Source of the DNA: Acidobacteriota bacterium | GTDB taxonomy: Bacteria > Acidobacteriota > UBA6911 > RPQK01 > JAJDTT01 | NCBI GenBank assembly: GCA_965217775.1 | Contig: CBDCJH010000002.1 | Span: 352,001 to 416,000 of the forward strand | DNA: 64,000 nucleotides | Direction: 5' to 3' | Shown: positions 1 to 11,412 of the stretch, piece by piece | Layout of the letters: the number at the start of each line of letters is the position of its first letter | Position numbering within the stretch: the stretch's first letter is position 1 | The notes under the pieces: model-generated | Databases searched by the model: none | What the model saw: the letters and a program-made list of their open reading frames with translations, nothing else | Told to the model about the DNA's origin: nothing | Translations under genes and position numbers: made by a program

Positions 1-1
1 G

Positions 2-277
2 GAGTACCTCACTCTGCTGGCGGTTGCGCGGATCTATCTGGACAACGTCCTCAACCTTCAGGTCTCCTGGTTGACCCAGGGACTGCAGGTGGGCCAGATT
101 GCGCTCCACTTCGGCGCCAATGACGTGGGCAGCATCATGATCGAGGAGAACGTGATCAGTACTGCCGGCGCCCACAACTCGGCACGGCGCTCGGACCTGA
201 TTCAGTTGATCCTCGACGCCGGCTTCATTCCCGCTCAGAGAAACTCCGTCTACAGCTCCTTCAAGAAAATCGCCTGA
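2..277 (+). CDS. mqnC: C-terminal part of CofH/MqnC-family radical SAM enzyme (cyclic dehypoxanthine futalosine synthase-like), truncated by the window start
   Basis: Frame 2 reads EYLTLLAVARIYLDNVLNLQVSWLTQG...ALHFGANDVGSIMIEENV...PAQRNSVY, the typical MqnC/CofH C-terminus. Confidence 0.75.
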   Translation, partial: EYLTLLAVARIYLDNVLNLQVSWLTQGLQVGQIALHFGANDVGSIMIEENVISTAGAHNSARRSDLIQLILDAGFIPAQRNSVYSSFKKIA

Positions 278-313
278 TTCCGGGCGCCCGCCCGGCTGCT
301 CACTCCCGTCACC

Positions 314-349
314 TTGACTCCGGGGGCAAATTGTGAATAAAATTGCATT
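314..349 (+). promoter_or_regulatory. Sigma70-like promoter overlapped by an ARG box
   Basis: TTGACT (314-319), 18-nt spacer, TAAAAT (338-343). TGTGAATAAAATTGCATT (332-349) resembles the ArgR box TGAAT-W4-ATTCA and lies directly upstream of argR. Confidence 0.65.
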
Positions 350-359
350 CTCCCTGGAA

Positions 360-799
360 ATGAATAAAAAACTGAGACAGGATGCCATCGTCCGAATCCT
401 GGAAACCGAGACCGTTTCCAGTCAGAAGTCTTTGAGAAAGGTGTTAATGGTTAAGGGGTTGAGTGTGACCCAGGCCACGCTCTCCAGGGATCTGAAGGAA
501 CTGGGCGTGATCAAGACTGTTGATGACGAGGGTGGGTATAAATATGCGTTCCGGGAGAATCGACGCGCCCCGCTCTTTCGGAGTTGCGAGGTCAGCGGCA
601 ATCTCCTCGTGGTGCGTACGGATGCCGGGATGGCTCCGGCAGTCGCCTACCGGATCGACGGGATGGGTCTGACGGGGGTCCTGGGCACCGTGGCTGGGGA
701 GGACACTCTCCTGGCCGTCGTCGCCGACGGCCACGACGCCCGTCAGGTGAAGCGCGAGCTGGGAGCTCGGGGTGGAGGTCCCGGCTGGCGGCGAGACCG

Positions 800-803
<4 letters not shown>
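360..803 (+). CDS. argR: Arginine repressor
   Basis: RQDAIVRIL...SSQ...VTQATLSRDLKELG winged helix; C-terminal GTVAGEDT. Start taken at ATG 360. Confidence 0.93.
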
Positions 804-2083
<1,280 letters not shown>

Positions 2084-2106
2084 GGATCGGAGGAAGAGGG
2101 AACACC

Positions 2107-3522
2107 ATGACCCGATCCCCTTGGGCAGGCCGTTTTACGGAAGATCCGGACCAGGCGGTCCAGGACTACACCCGGTCTCTCCATGTGGACCGGCGACTGG
2201 CCCGCTACGACATCCAGGGCAGCCGGGCCCACGTCAGGATGCTGTTCCGGCAGGGAATTCTCAGCCGCCGGGACCGGGACCGGATCCTGCAGGGACTGGA
2301 CCAGGTTCAGGAGGAGATCCGCTCCGGACGGTTTCCATACCGGGACGAATTGGAAGACATCCACATGAACATCGAGGTCCGCCTGTGTGAGTTGGTGGGC
2401 GAGGAGGGGCGCCGGCTGCACACGGGGCGAAGCCGCAACGACCAGGTGGCCGTGGATCTGAAGCTGTTCTGCCTGGACGCGGCGCTGGGATGGCAGGAGA
2501 TGATCCGGCGGGCTCAAGAGACACTCCTGTCCCGGACCCGGAAGCTGAAGCGGGAACTCTTTCCGGGTTGGACCCACCTCCAGGCGGCCCAGCCCATCTC
2601 CTGGGCCCACTACCTGCTGGCCTATTGCGAGATGTTCGAGCGGGACCACGAGAGGCTGGCCGGCTACCGGCGCCTCCACAGCGTCAGCCCCCTGGGCGCC
2701 GGCGCCCTGGCCGGCAGCACCTTGCCGCTGGACCCGGGCCAGACCGCCCGGGAGCTGGGATTCGCCTCCAGCTTCGAGAACAGCTACGACGCGGTGGGAG
2801 ACCGCGATTTCCTGCTGGAGCTACTGCAGATCGCCACCCAGATCATGCTCCACGCCAGCCGCATGGCCGAGGACCTGATCTATTTCTCCAGCACACCGGT
2901 GGGGTGGGTAGAGCTTCCCGAGTCCCTTTGCACCGGCAGCAGCATGATGCCTCAGAAGAAGAACCCGGATCTACTGGAGCTATGCCGGGGAAAGACGGCC
3001 TCGGTCCTGGGGCACGCGACGGCTCTGGCGACGCTTCTGAAGGGTCTGCCCAGTTCCTACCATCGCGATCTGCAGCAGGACAAGGAACACCTTTTTCCCG
3101 CCGTGGACACGGTAGGAGAGACGCTGGAGATATTGCGGCTGGTGGTGAGCCGGATGCGGGTGGTATCGAGTCGAATCGGACCGGCGCTGGAGCGAGGGTT
3201 CCTCACGGCCACCGACTTGGCGGAACACCTGGTTTCCCGAGGGGTTCCATTCCGAACCGCACACGAACAAGTGGGGCGGCTGGTGGCTTACTGCGTGAAG
3301 CATGAACTGACGTTACGGCAACTCTCCCTGCAGGAGATCCGCGAGCTGGCGCCCCAGTGCGGTTCGGATGTCCAGGGGGTGTTGAAGCCCGAGGGCGCTC
3401 TCGATCACAAGTTTCACTCGGGGAGCACCGGACTGGCCTCCATTCGCCAACAGGTCGCCCGCTGGGAGGACCGGCTCCGGACCCACGGGAACGGAAGCAT
3501 TCCAAGGGAGGAACAGCCATGA
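2107..3522 (+). CDS. argH: Argininosuccinate lyase
   Basis: WAGRF, EDIHMNIE, LHTGRSRNDQV and TGSSMMPQKKNPD signature. Confidence 0.96.
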   Translation: MTRSPWAGRFTEDPDQAVQDYTRSLHVDRRLARYDIQGSRAHVRMLFRQGILSRRDRDRILQGLDQVQEEIRSGRFPYRDELEDIHMNIEVRLCELVGEEGRRLHTGRSRNDQVAVDLKLFCLDAALGWQEMIRRAQETLLSRTRKLKRELFPGWTHLQAAQPISWAHYLLAYCEMFERDHERLAGYRRLHSVSPLGAGALAGSTLPLDPGQTARELGFASSFENSYDAVGDRDFLLELLQIATQIMLHASRMAEDLIYFSSTPVGWVELPESLCTGSSMMPQKKNPDLLELCRGKTASVLGHATALATLLKGLPSSYHRDLQQDKEHLFPAVDTVGETLEILRLVVSRMRVVSSRIGPALERGFLTATDLAEHLVSRGVPFRTAHEQVGRLVAYCVKHELTLRQLSLQEIRELAPQCGSDVQGVLKPEGALDHKFHSGSTGLASIRQQVARWEDRLRTHGNGSIPREEQP

Positions 3523-4478
3523 GGGACTTCATCTCTCTGGCGGACCTGAGCCCCAGGCAGTGGACCCAACTTCTGCATCTGAGCCGGGAGGTCAAGTCGC
3601 GCCCGTCCAATTTCAGGCGTATGATTCCGGGAAAGAGCATCGTCCTGATCTTCGAGAAGCCGTCGCTGCGAACCCGGCTGACCTTCGAGCTCGGCATCCA
3701 GCAATTGGGAGGCGATGCCGTCTATCTCGACTATCAGGAGGCCAATCTGGGAGAGCGGGAAGCCCTGCGGGACGTGGCCAAGAACCTGGAGCGATGGTTC
3801 GACTGCATGGTGGCCCGCACCTTCTCCCACCAGGTGCTGATCCAGCTCTCGGAGTATGCCCGTTGCTCGGTGATCAACGCCCTCACCGACGAGGAACATC
3901 CGTGTCAGGCCTTGGCCGACATCTTCACCCTGATGGAGAAGTGGTCGAGCGTGGAAGGCCGGACACTGGCCTACATCGGAGACGGGAACAACGTCTGCGC
4001 GTCCCTGATTCATGCAGCCGCCCTCTCGGGCATGTGCTTTACGGCCGTCACTCCCCGGAACCGGCAGCCCTATGCGGGTTGGGAAGAGGATTTTCGGAAA
4101 CTGTCCACCAACGCTCGCGCCACCTGCCGATGGAGCGATGCCCCGGACCATATCCGGGGAGCCGATGCCGTCTATACCGACACCTGGGTCAGCATGGGCC
4201 AGGAAGGCGAGGCTCAGGAGAGGCTGGCCGAATTCCGGCCCTATCAGGTGACCCCCGAATTGATGGCGCGGACCGGCAAGGATTCCTTCTTCATGCACTG
4301 CCTTCCGGCACACCGGAATCAGGAGGTGACCGACGCGGTCATCGACGCTCCCTATTCGCTGGTGTTCGAGCAGGCGGAGAACCGGCTCCATGTCCAGAAG
4401 GCGCTGCTGATGTGGCTGCTGGCCCCCAAAGAGGTGGACCGGTACCTGCACCTGGAGAAATGGGCGGCCTGGAAATAA
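3519..4478 (+). CDS. argF: Ornithine carbamoyltransferase
   Basis: FEKPSLRTR, HPCQALAD, GDGNNV, DTWVSMGQE, HCLP and QAENR motifs. ATG 3519 overlaps the argH stop. Confidence 0.92.
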   Translation: MRDFISLADLSPRQWTQLLHLSREVKSRPSNFRRMIPGKSIVLIFEKPSLRTRLTFELGIQQLGGDAVYLDYQEANLGEREALRDVAKNLERWFDCMVARTFSHQVLIQLSEYARCSVINALTDEEHPCQALADIFTLMEKWSSVEGRTLAYIGDGNNVCASLIHAAALSGMCFTAVTPRNRQPYAGWEEDFRKLSTNARATCRWSDAPDHIRGADAVYTDTWVSMGQEGEAQERLAEFRPYQVTPELMARTGKDSFFMHCLPAHRNQEVTDAVIDAPYSLVFEQAENRLHVQKALLMWLLAPKEVDRYLHLEKWAAWK

Positions 4479-4502
4479 CTTCGAGGGAATCGCCTGAAAG
4501 GA

Positions 4503-5219
4503 GTGAAGTCAGTGAACGATATTGAGACCGGTTCGTCCAATCCCGAGCCGATGCCGCTTCTTCAGCGCGTCACCGGCGTGTTCCACCAGCCACGGGCCGT
4601 GATGGCCGCGGTGGCCGAAAATCCCACTTGGATGGCACCTTTGCTACTGCTGTTGGCGTTGGGAGTGTTGACCGCATTCCTGATCCCCGAGGAGGTCGTG
4701 GAACAGTCGACTCGCAAGATGCTCTCCAAGTTGCCGGGGGGTGGCGCGGCCGCTGCTGAACTGGACTCTCACGACTTCAGCCCGACCAGCGTGACGAACC
4801 TCCTTTCCGGGGCCGTTGGAATGACTGTCGTCGTGTTGCTCACAGCTCTTTGGGCCCTGCTCCTGTTTCGAGGCATATTGGGGGGCGAAGGCCGTTTCAA
4901 ACAATATTTTTCTATGGTTCTGATCGCCGGCTTCATCGTCTACGCCGGTGGACTGGTCAGTATTCCGCTGCAGATTCGATCGAACGATCTCTTTGCGACC
5001 CTCAGCGTGGGAACGCTTCTGCCATTCCTGGACGAGGGATTCTTTCGGACCTGGATGAACGCGATCGGCCTCTTCACCATCTGGCAGTCCATCGTTCTGG
5101 GCATCGGCGCCACCTGCATCGACAAGGATCTGGGCCGGGTCGTCGCCACCTTGGCCTTTCTGCTTCCTTCCATCGCCATCGCCATGGTGGGTTCCGCCGT
5201 GTGGCAGATATTTTCGTAG
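4503..5219 (+). CDS. Yip1-family membrane protein
   Basis: RVTGVFHQPRAVMAAVAENPTW N-terminal pattern and about 5 hydrophobic segments. Confidence 0.7.
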   Translation: MKSVNDIETGSSNPEPMPLLQRVTGVFHQPRAVMAAVAENPTWMAPLLLLLALGVLTAFLIPEEVVEQSTRKMLSKLPGGGAAAAELDSHDFSPTSVTNLLSGAVGMTVVVLLTALWALLLFRGILGGEGRFKQYFSMVLIAGFIVYAGGLVSIPLQIRSNDLFATLSVGTLLPFLDEGFFRTWMNAIGLFTIWQSIVLGIGATCIDKDLGRVVATLAFLLPSIAIAMVGSAVWQIFS

Positions 5220-5280
5220 CGGATTGTAGGCCGTCGTCTAACGGTGCACCGGCAAAGGATCGCCCCGGCACTCTCCGAAT

Positions 5281-7320
5281 TCAAGGAGCCGAGTCGGGCT
5301 GGATGAAAAAAGCGTAGGTGTTGGTGTCGCGGCCGTCGTAAATGATGCTGTATTGGACCATCAACTCGTTCGGCGCGCCGTTTTGCCGATTGACGATGCA
5401 GTTGTGGCTGTACCCGTCGAGATACCGGGCGTCGCTGCTCACGATAATCCCCTTACCCCAGTTGATCCCGTCGTCGGACTGGTAGAGAACGAAACGGCCT
5501 CGTCCCTCTCCGACGCTTCCGGACCGCCCGTGCAGGTAATATTTGCCTCCCAGATAGGCCAGCTCCGGATCGCGGATCTTCTGGTCCACATAGGCCCTCT
5601 CCTGGGGGCTCCAGGTCTCTCCCTGATCCCCGCTGATGGTGTAGAAGAAATGGTATTCGTCGTGGTGGGTGTAGGCTCCGGCTAGCAGGCGGCCATCCTC
5701 CATGATGCACATGGCGCCGTACCACTTGTCGGGGTCCAGCGACAACGTACTCCGCCTGGTCCAGGTCTGCCCGTCGTCGGTGCTGACGTAAAGCACGTGG
5801 TGACCCGAATTGCTGTCGAAGAGGACGTAGTTGGTTCGGCCGTCCACCGCCACCGCGCACGGATACCCTGTGAAGTCGCCGTCGATGGGCGCGTACTCGG
5901 TCCAACTTGAGCCGTGGTCGCGGCTGACCATGATCCCGCTGCCGGTCCGGCTGTTGTCCAGAAGGAAATGGGTCAGAAACAGGACGGCGGTGCCCTGTTC
6001 CGTGACCAGGCCCTCCTCGACCCAGACCGGATGCTCCGGATCTCGCCTGTACTGGTCGTAGGAATACTGGAATTTGTTGTATCTCTGCCAACTCGTTGCT
6101 CCGTCGTCGCTGAAGGCATACTCACTCCAGCCGTCCAGGTTGTGGTCGCTGGCATTGGAATGGAAGGCCACGATTCGACCGTCGGCGTACTGCATGCAGA
6201 CGGGACCCCCATGGGAGTTGCGCCCCGGATCGTCGTTCTCGAAATCGACGATGACGTCGCCGAAGATCTCGTCCCCCAGGCGCGTTTCCGGATCGTGATC
6301 GTAGACCAGAGCACTTTCGATCCGGTCATACGGCTTCAAACTGTCCACCAGGATCTCGTCGCTCCACTGGATGTTGTTGCCGGTCTCGGTGATCCCGACG
6401 GCGATGATGGAGGCGCGGAAGTCGTTTTGGCCCTCCGGGACCTGCAGACACATCTCGATGATGGTGGGCTCGCTGAAATCCCAGGGAAACTGGGGATGAT
6501 GCCGTCCGGAAACGGGCAGTCCGCCAGGTTCACCGATGAGGTTCCCGTCCAGGTCGAAGGTTCGGTAGCGAAGTTCGGTGCCGGGCGGTGCGGATTGCCC
6601 CGGCTCTCCGGCCACCACGGCAAAACCCACGTCCCTGTCGGGGCCGAAGACCCCGGTCAGGACCCGGCAGTCGCCGTCGGAGAGCCACTCGTCCGGCGTC
6701 TGGCCCGCAACCGAAAAGACCTCGTTGATCTCTCCGGTGGTTTCGTGTTCCAGGAGATACCTGCCTTGAACGTCCAGTGAGTCGGAGGAGCAGGGAGCCC
6801 TGGTGAAGATTGAAACCGCTCCGACCACCAATTCCGCCGGATCGGCCGGAGTCAGGGTAAAGATTCGGGCTCCCCCTGCGGGCAGAGTCGTCCGGAAGAG
6901 ATTCCCCTCCGCCACCCGGCCGTCGAACAGGGCGTCCGGCGCCTGGGAAGAGCCCCGGTGAAAGAGTACCGCCAAGTCACATGCGCGCCCGACCGGCCCC
7001 GCGTTGGTAACGACGATCTCGGTCCGGGAGATATTCCGTCCCAAGGGTCCCATCACGACCTGGGGTAGAGTTGCCGCCGTGGCGCAGGCTGCGCCGTCCC
7101 AGACGGAACGGCAATAGGGAGTCGTCACTTGAAAGCTCGCCGCGTTCCGGGTTGTTTCTCCGCCCGTCGAGGCCCGCGCACTGGTGGAGGGGAGGGAATC
7201 CGGTCCTGGTGCCTTTCCGGTTTGGAAAGCAGCTCCGGGTGCAGCGGCGAACCATATGGTTAGGACCAATACCCCCGAAATCATGGGCAGAGAATAGGTT
7301 CCAGGAAGCCTCCGGCGCAA
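5281..7320 (-). CDS. Secreted BNR/Asp-box (sialidase-like beta-propeller) protein with an extra N-terminal domain
   Basis: Signal-like N-terminus; five Asp-boxes (SDDGATSW, SRDHGSSW, STDDGQTW, SGDQGETW, SDDGINW). The start may be ATG 7284. Confidence 0.72.
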   Translation of the reverse strand: MRRRLPGTYSLPMISGVLVLTIWFAAAPGAAFQTGKAPGPDSLPSTSARASTGGETTRNAASFQVTTPYCRSVWDGAACATAATLPQVVMGPLGRNISRTEIVVTNAGPVGRACDLAVLFHRGSSQAPDALFDGRVAEGNLFRTTLPAGGARIFTLTPADPAELVVGAVSIFTRAPCSSDSLDVQGRYLLEHETTGEINEVFSVAGQTPDEWLSDGDCRVLTGVFGPDRDVGFAVVAGEPGQSAPPGTELRYRTFDLDGNLIGEPGGLPVSGRHHPQFPWDFSEPTIIEMCLQVPEGQNDFRASIIAVGITETGNNIQWSDEILVDSLKPYDRIESALVYDHDPETRLGDEIFGDVIVDFENDDPGRNSHGGPVCMQYADGRIVAFHSNASDHNLDGWSEYAFSDDGATSWQRYNKFQYSYDQYRRDPEHPVWVEEGLVTEQGTAVLFLTHFLLDNSRTGSGIMVSRDHGSSWTEYAPIDGDFTGYPCAVAVDGRTNYVLFDSNSGHHVLYVSTDDGQTWTRRSTLSLDPDKWYGAMCIMEDGRLLAGAYTHHDEYHFFYTISGDQGETWSPQERAYVDQKIRDPELAYLGGKYYLHGRSGSVGEGRGRFVLYQSDDGINWGKGIIVSSDARYLDGYSHNCIVNRQNGAPNELMVQYSIIYDGRDTNTYAFFIQPDSAP

Positions 7321-7423
7321 GGCGCTCCTGATTCGGGCCGCGTTGACACTCGGAGCGCCCCTGTGCTAGTTATTGCCGTCTCCGGCGGTCACCTGACAAA
7401 TCTCCAACAATGAGGACGAGTGC

Positions 7424-8575
7424 ATGGCGCCAAAGAGTCGACACCTGTTTAGCTCGGAATCGGTCACCGAAGGGCATCCCGACAAGATTGCGGACCAGGT
7501 TTCCGATGGTGTTCTGGACGCGGTCCTGACGGAAGACCCTCAGGGACGGGTGGCCTGCGAGACTCTGGTGACGACTGGTCTGGTGGTCATAGCCGGAGAA
7601 GTGACGACCACCTGCACACCCGACTACCCGGGGATCGCCCGCCAAGTCATTCGAGACGTGGGATATACGCGAGCCAAATACGGGTTCGACTGCGAGACCT
7701 GCGGCGTGATCTGCTCCGTGGACCGGCAGTCGCCGGATATTGCCTTGGGCGTGGACACCGGGGGCGCCGGCGACCAGGGACTCATGTTCGGTTACGCCTG
7801 CACCGAAACCCCTCAGTTGATGCCGCTGCCCATCATGCTGGCCCACGCGCTCACCCGTCGTCTGTCCGAAAGCCGCCGCCAGGGAATCCTGAACTGGCTG
7901 CGTCCCGACGGAAAGTCCCAGGTGACGGTGGAGTACGACGGGACGAAACCGGTCCGCGTCGACACCGTCGTGGTCTCGACCCAGCACAGCCCCGACGTCT
8001 CCTACCAGGATCTGTGTGACGGCATCCGGGAACAGGTGATCCACGCCGTGGTTCCCGCCGGACTCATGGACGGGGACACGACGATCCACATCAACCCGAC
8101 GGGGCGGTTCGTGACGGGCGGGCCCCAGGGTGACTGCGGGGTGACGGGCCGGAAGATCATCGTCGACACCTACGGCGGAATGGGAGGGCATGGAGGGGGC
8201 GCTTTCTCGGGGAAGGACCCGTCCAAGGTCGACCGTTCCGCCTCTTACATGGCCCGTTACATCGCCAAGAACTGTGTCGCCGCGGGACTTGCCGAGCGCT
8301 TGAAGGTCCAACTGGCCTACGCCATCGGAGTGTCCGAACCGGTCTCCGTCGCCGTGGACGCGGAAGGGACCCAAGCCGTGGCTGAGGAGACCATCGGAAA
8401 TCTGGTTCGGGAGCACTTCCGTCTGACTCCCAGGGACATCATCGAGACCCTGCGGCTCCGGCGCCCCATCTTTCGGCAGACGGCCGCTTTCGGTCATTTC
8501 GGCCGGGAGGAAGAGGGCTTCACCTGGGAACGGACCGACAGGGCCGAAGCCCTGCGCCGCGCCGCCGGACTCTGA
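7424..8575 (+). CDS. metK: S-adenosylmethionine synthetase
   Basis: [17 protein letters not shown] and GGGAFSGKD signatures. Confidence 0.97.
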   Translation: MAPKSRHLFSSESVTEGHPDKIADQVSDGVLDAVLTEDPQGRVACETLVTTGLVVIAGEVTTTCTPDYPGIARQVIRDVGYTRAKYGFDCETCGVICSVDRQSPDIALGVDTGGAGDQGLMFGYACTETPQLMPLPIMLAHALTRRLSESRRQGILNWLRPDGKSQVTVEYDGTKPVRVDTVVVSTQHSPDVSYQDLCDGIREQVIHAVVPAGLMDGDTTIHINPTGRFVTGGPQGDCGVTGRKIIVDTYGGMGGHGGGAFSGKDPSKVDRSASYMARYIAKNCVAAGLAERLKVQLAYAIGVSEPVSVAVDAEGTQAVAEETIGNLVREHFRLTPRDIIETLRLRRPIFRQTAAFGHFGREEEGFTWERTDRAEALRRAAGL

Positions 8576-8602
8576 CGCCCTGGCCCTGGCATCCACCCAC
8601 TT

Positions 8603-8630
8603 CTCACTCCTCACTCCTCATCTTCCCTCC
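8603..8630. repeat. Short heptamer tandem repeat (CTCACTC)n
   Basis: ctcactc ctcactc ctcatct tccctcc between metK and xdhC. Confidence 0.5.
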
Positions 8631-8643
8631 GCTCCGGTAAACT

Positions 8644-9762
8644 GTGCCCATTGTGAGAGAGTCCGCCGAGCTGGCCGGAGCCATCGAGGAAATCCTGGAA
8701 AGCGGCCGCGGCGCCGTCCTGGCGACAGTCATCGAGATCACCGGCTCGGCATACCGCCGGCAGGGGGCCAAGCTCGTCATCGGCTCCGACGGCGACTTCC
8801 GGGGCATGATCTCGGGAGGATGTCTCGAACCTGAAGTCGCGCGGGCAGCAAGCCGGGTCTTCGAAACGGGACGAGCCGTCACGGAGGTGTTCGACCTCAC
8901 CGAGGACGCGATCTGGGGATTGAGATTGGGTTGCGGAGGAGTCGTCCGGGTCCTGCTGGAGACCATCGGCCGGGACCCGGTCTGGGAACGTTGGCTGAGC
9001 GCCCTGAAGAACGGCGAAAGGGCCGTTCGGGCCGTCGTTTGCGAACCCGACCCGAAACCCGAGTCCCTGGGGCGTTGGCTTTTTGTGGCTCCCGGCGAGT
9101 CGCCGGCGGGTCCCCTGGCCCAGGAAGCGTTAGGCCAGGAAGTGATTCCGGCAGCCCGTGAGATCCTGGGCCGACCTCTTCCGCAGTCCAGGGTCTACAC
9201 CTCGGGAAACGCGCGCGTCTTTCTGGACGTCAATCGCCCCCCCTTGGAGATCGTCGTTTTCGGGGCCGGCATGGACGCGGTTCCCGTGGTCCGGTTGGCG
9301 TTGAGTCTGGGCTTTTCCGTGAACGTCGTCGATCCCCGGCCCTCCTTGAACCGGCCGGAGCGCTTTCCGGGAGCGAGGATCACCATCTCCCATCCCACGG
9401 AATTCCCGGAGAAGGTGGCGATGCCGGCCGGCAGCTACGCTCTGATCATGAACCACCATTTGGACCGGGACGGCGCCGGAATCCGCTATGCCATGGAGAG
9501 CGGAGCCCTCTACGTGGGGGTGCTGGGACCCCGGCCCAGGTTCCGGAAGCTCATGGATGAGTTGGCCGACGAGGGTTTTCGCCCCGATGCGGCGGCCCGG
9601 GATCGGATTCACAACCCCGTGGGCCTGGACATCGGAGCCGAGGGTCCCGAGCAGATCGCGGTCAGTATTCTGGCGGAGATCCTGGCCGTCCACAATGGAT
9701 TCGGCGGCGGCTTTTTGGCGGCGCGATCCGGGGGAATCCACGAAATGTGCCGTACGCCGTAA
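8644..9762 (+). CDS. xdhC: XdhC/CoxI-family molybdenum cofactor chaperone
   Basis: GSAYRRQGAK, ISGGCLE, LGCGG, GVLGP and PVGLDIGAEGPEQIAVSILAEI motifs. Confidence 0.88.
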   Translation: MPIVRESAELAGAIEEILESGRGAVLATVIEITGSAYRRQGAKLVIGSDGDFRGMISGGCLEPEVARAASRVFETGRAVTEVFDLTEDAIWGLRLGCGGVVRVLLETIGRDPVWERWLSALKNGERAVRAVVCEPDPKPESLGRWLFVAPGESPAGPLAQEALGQEVIPAAREILGRPLPQSRVYTSGNARVFLDVNRPPLEIVVFGAGMDAVPVVRLALSLGFSVNVVDPRPSLNRPERFPGARITISHPTEFPEKVAMPAGSYALIMNHHLDRDGAGIRYAMESGALYVGVLGPRPRFRKLMDELADEGFRPDAAARDRIHNPVGLDIGAEGPEQIAVSILAEILAVHNGFGGGFLAARSGGIHEMCRTP

Positions 9763-9804
9763 TCCGGCGATGGAGGGAGGGCACGGGACTCGCGGCGCAC
9801 GCGG

Positions 9805-10515
9805 CTACTGGATCCAGTAGTCGTCCTTACGGTTCCGTCTCTTCTCGTCGAGCACCCGGAATCGGCTGCGCATTCGCTTCAGTTTCCACCGATGGTACGC
9901 CTGGCGCACGGCTCCGAGTGAGAGCCAGCGCTTCAGATAGAGGAAAGCGACGATCATGCCGCCCAGGTGGGCGACGTGGGCGATGGTGCTGCCGGGAGAA
10001 TCCAGGGCCGAAATGAAGGCGATGAGTCCCAGCACGGCCACGACGTACTTCACCTTGACCGGCAGCAGGAAGTAGAGATAGACGCGGCGCTCGGGGAACA
10101 TCATGCCGTAGGCCGTGAGGATCCCGTATATCGACCCGCTGGCTCCGATGGTGGGTATCGTTCCCATTGGATCCACCACGACCGACAGCAGCCCGGCTCC
10201 GATTCCGGTGATCAGGAAAAAGCGCAGGAACGACCGGCTGCCCCAGTATCGTTCCAGCTCGCGGCCGAACATCCAGAGCGTGAACATGTTCCAGAAGAGG
10301 TGCCAGAAGTCGGCGTGGAGGAACAAGTAGGTTCCCAGTTGCCAGATGTAGAGTTTCGACAGGACGGCTATAGGCGTCAGTCCGAAGATCCACAACAGAT
10401 CCGGACCGGCGGCCCACTGTAGAATAAAGGCCAGCCCGCAACCGACGACCAGGTACTTGACCATTGGCGTCAAGAGGGGACCGATCGTCACTTGGTACCC
10501 GGGACCAAACCTCAC
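9805..10515 (-). CDS. Rhomboid-family intramembrane serine protease
   Basis: WQLGTYLFLH, HLFWNM, IGASG (catalytic Ser) and AHLGG (catalytic His). Confidence 0.9.
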   Translation of the reverse strand: MRFGPGYQVTIGPLLTPMVKYLVVGCGLAFILQWAAGPDLLWIFGLTPIAVLSKLYIWQLGTYLFLHADFWHLFWNMFTLWMFGRELERYWGSRSFLRFFLITGIGAGLLSVVVDPMGTIPTIGASGSIYGILTAYGMMFPERRVYLYFLLPVKVKYVVAVLGLIAFISALDSPGSTIAHVAHLGGMIVAFLYLKRWLSLGAVRQAYHRWKLKRMRSRFRVLDEKRRNRKDDYWIQ

Positions 10516-10540
10516 TCATGAATCATAGCATGGGGAAGAG

Positions 10541-10575
10541 GAGGAGTGAGGAACGAGGAATGAGGAGTGAGAGGG
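10541..10575. repeat. Heptamer tandem repeat (GAGGART-like)n
   Basis: gaggagt gaggaac gaggaat gaggagt gagaggg; same family as the reverse complement of the 8603 array. Confidence 0.6.
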
Positions 10576-10716
10576 AGGTGTTGGCCCCAGATTGAGCTGG
10601 GCTGTTCTCGGCCGGGGATTCTGTTCGTGATGTGAAAAGGGGAGAGCCCAGCACCCGGGGATATAGTTCTATGGCCTGTCTTTTCTGTAATTTCCTCGTG
10701 ATTCCAAGAAAAGTGT

Positions 10717-10745
10717 TTGACAGACCTTGCAGCCGGTTGAAGAAT
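10717..10745 (+). promoter_or_regulatory. Possible sigma70 promoter for the cox cluster
   Basis: TTGACA (10717-10722), 17 nt, AAGAAT in an AT-rich intergenic stretch. Confidence 0.35.
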
Positions 10746-10795
10746 AGGGAGCGCCCTGAGTGGGAGCTTCTGATCACCGTTGTTCGAGACCTTTG

Positions 10796-11233
10796 ATGCA
10801 GCTATCGGGAACGCACCGACTGGCCTTATCCCGTCTCCGAGTCTGGCAGCTATTGAACGATCCCCAGGTGTTGGCCCGGGCCACTCCCGGTGTCAAGACC
10901 CTGGTGCCTGATGGTGAAGACCGTTTCAGAGCGGAGCTGGAACTGGGCCTCGGTCCGATTCGCGGCGTCTTCGGCGGACACGTGGAAGTGCGCGACAAGC
11001 AGGAGCCCTCGGACCTCACCCTGCGGGTCGAGGGAAATGGCAACGTGGGCGGGATCCGGGCCGAGGGAAAGTTGAGGCTGGAAGAGGCGGGCCAGGAGAC
11101 GGTGGTCCACTACCAGGGGAACGCCCTGGTGGCCGGAACCCTGGCGGCCGTCGGCAGCCGGCTCTTTTCCGGAATGGCCCGGAAGCTGGCGGCGGAATTC
11201 TTCGAAAATCTTCAACGGGAGGGGAGCGAGTGA
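10796..11233 (+). CDS. coxG: CoxG / SRPBCC-family protein
   Basis: MQLSGTHRL...VWQLLNDPQVLARATPG...VAGTLAAVGSRL...AAEFFENL. Confidence 0.85.
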   Translation: MQLSGTHRLALSRLRVWQLLNDPQVLARATPGVKTLVPDGEDRFRAELELGLGPIRGVFGGHVEVRDKQEPSDLTLRVEGNGNVGGIRAEGKLRLEEAGQETVVHYQGNALVAGTLAAVGSRLFSGMARKLAAEFFENLQREGSE

Positions 11234-11254
11234 ATCTTCGTCCTCCCTCCCTGG

Positions 11255-11412
11255 CAGCCCGTGGCAAAAGTCGTCACGGCATTCGACCGTCCCTGCATCC
11301 CGGCGGACTGCGTTGCGACTCGGTCACATACTCCCGGTATGCTCCCTCATCGCGCCTTGTCCGGCGGGCGCAGGAACGGTCTCGGTGCTCGCGAGACTTT
11401 CACCACGGACTG
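11255..11412 (+). mobile_element. 158-bp MITE, copy 1
   Basis: 18-bp imperfect terminal inverted repeats CAGCCCGTGGCAAAAGTC / GACTTTCACCACGGACTG. Flanked by a 4-bp direct repeat CTGG (11251-54, 11413-16). Near-identical inverted copy at 20475-20632. Confidence 0.9.

Noticed and set aside
3519-4478. N-succinyl/N-acetyl-ornithine carbamoyltransferase because of SLRT
   Set aside because: DxxxSMG and HCLPA match ordinary OTCase; SLRT alone is not diagnostic.
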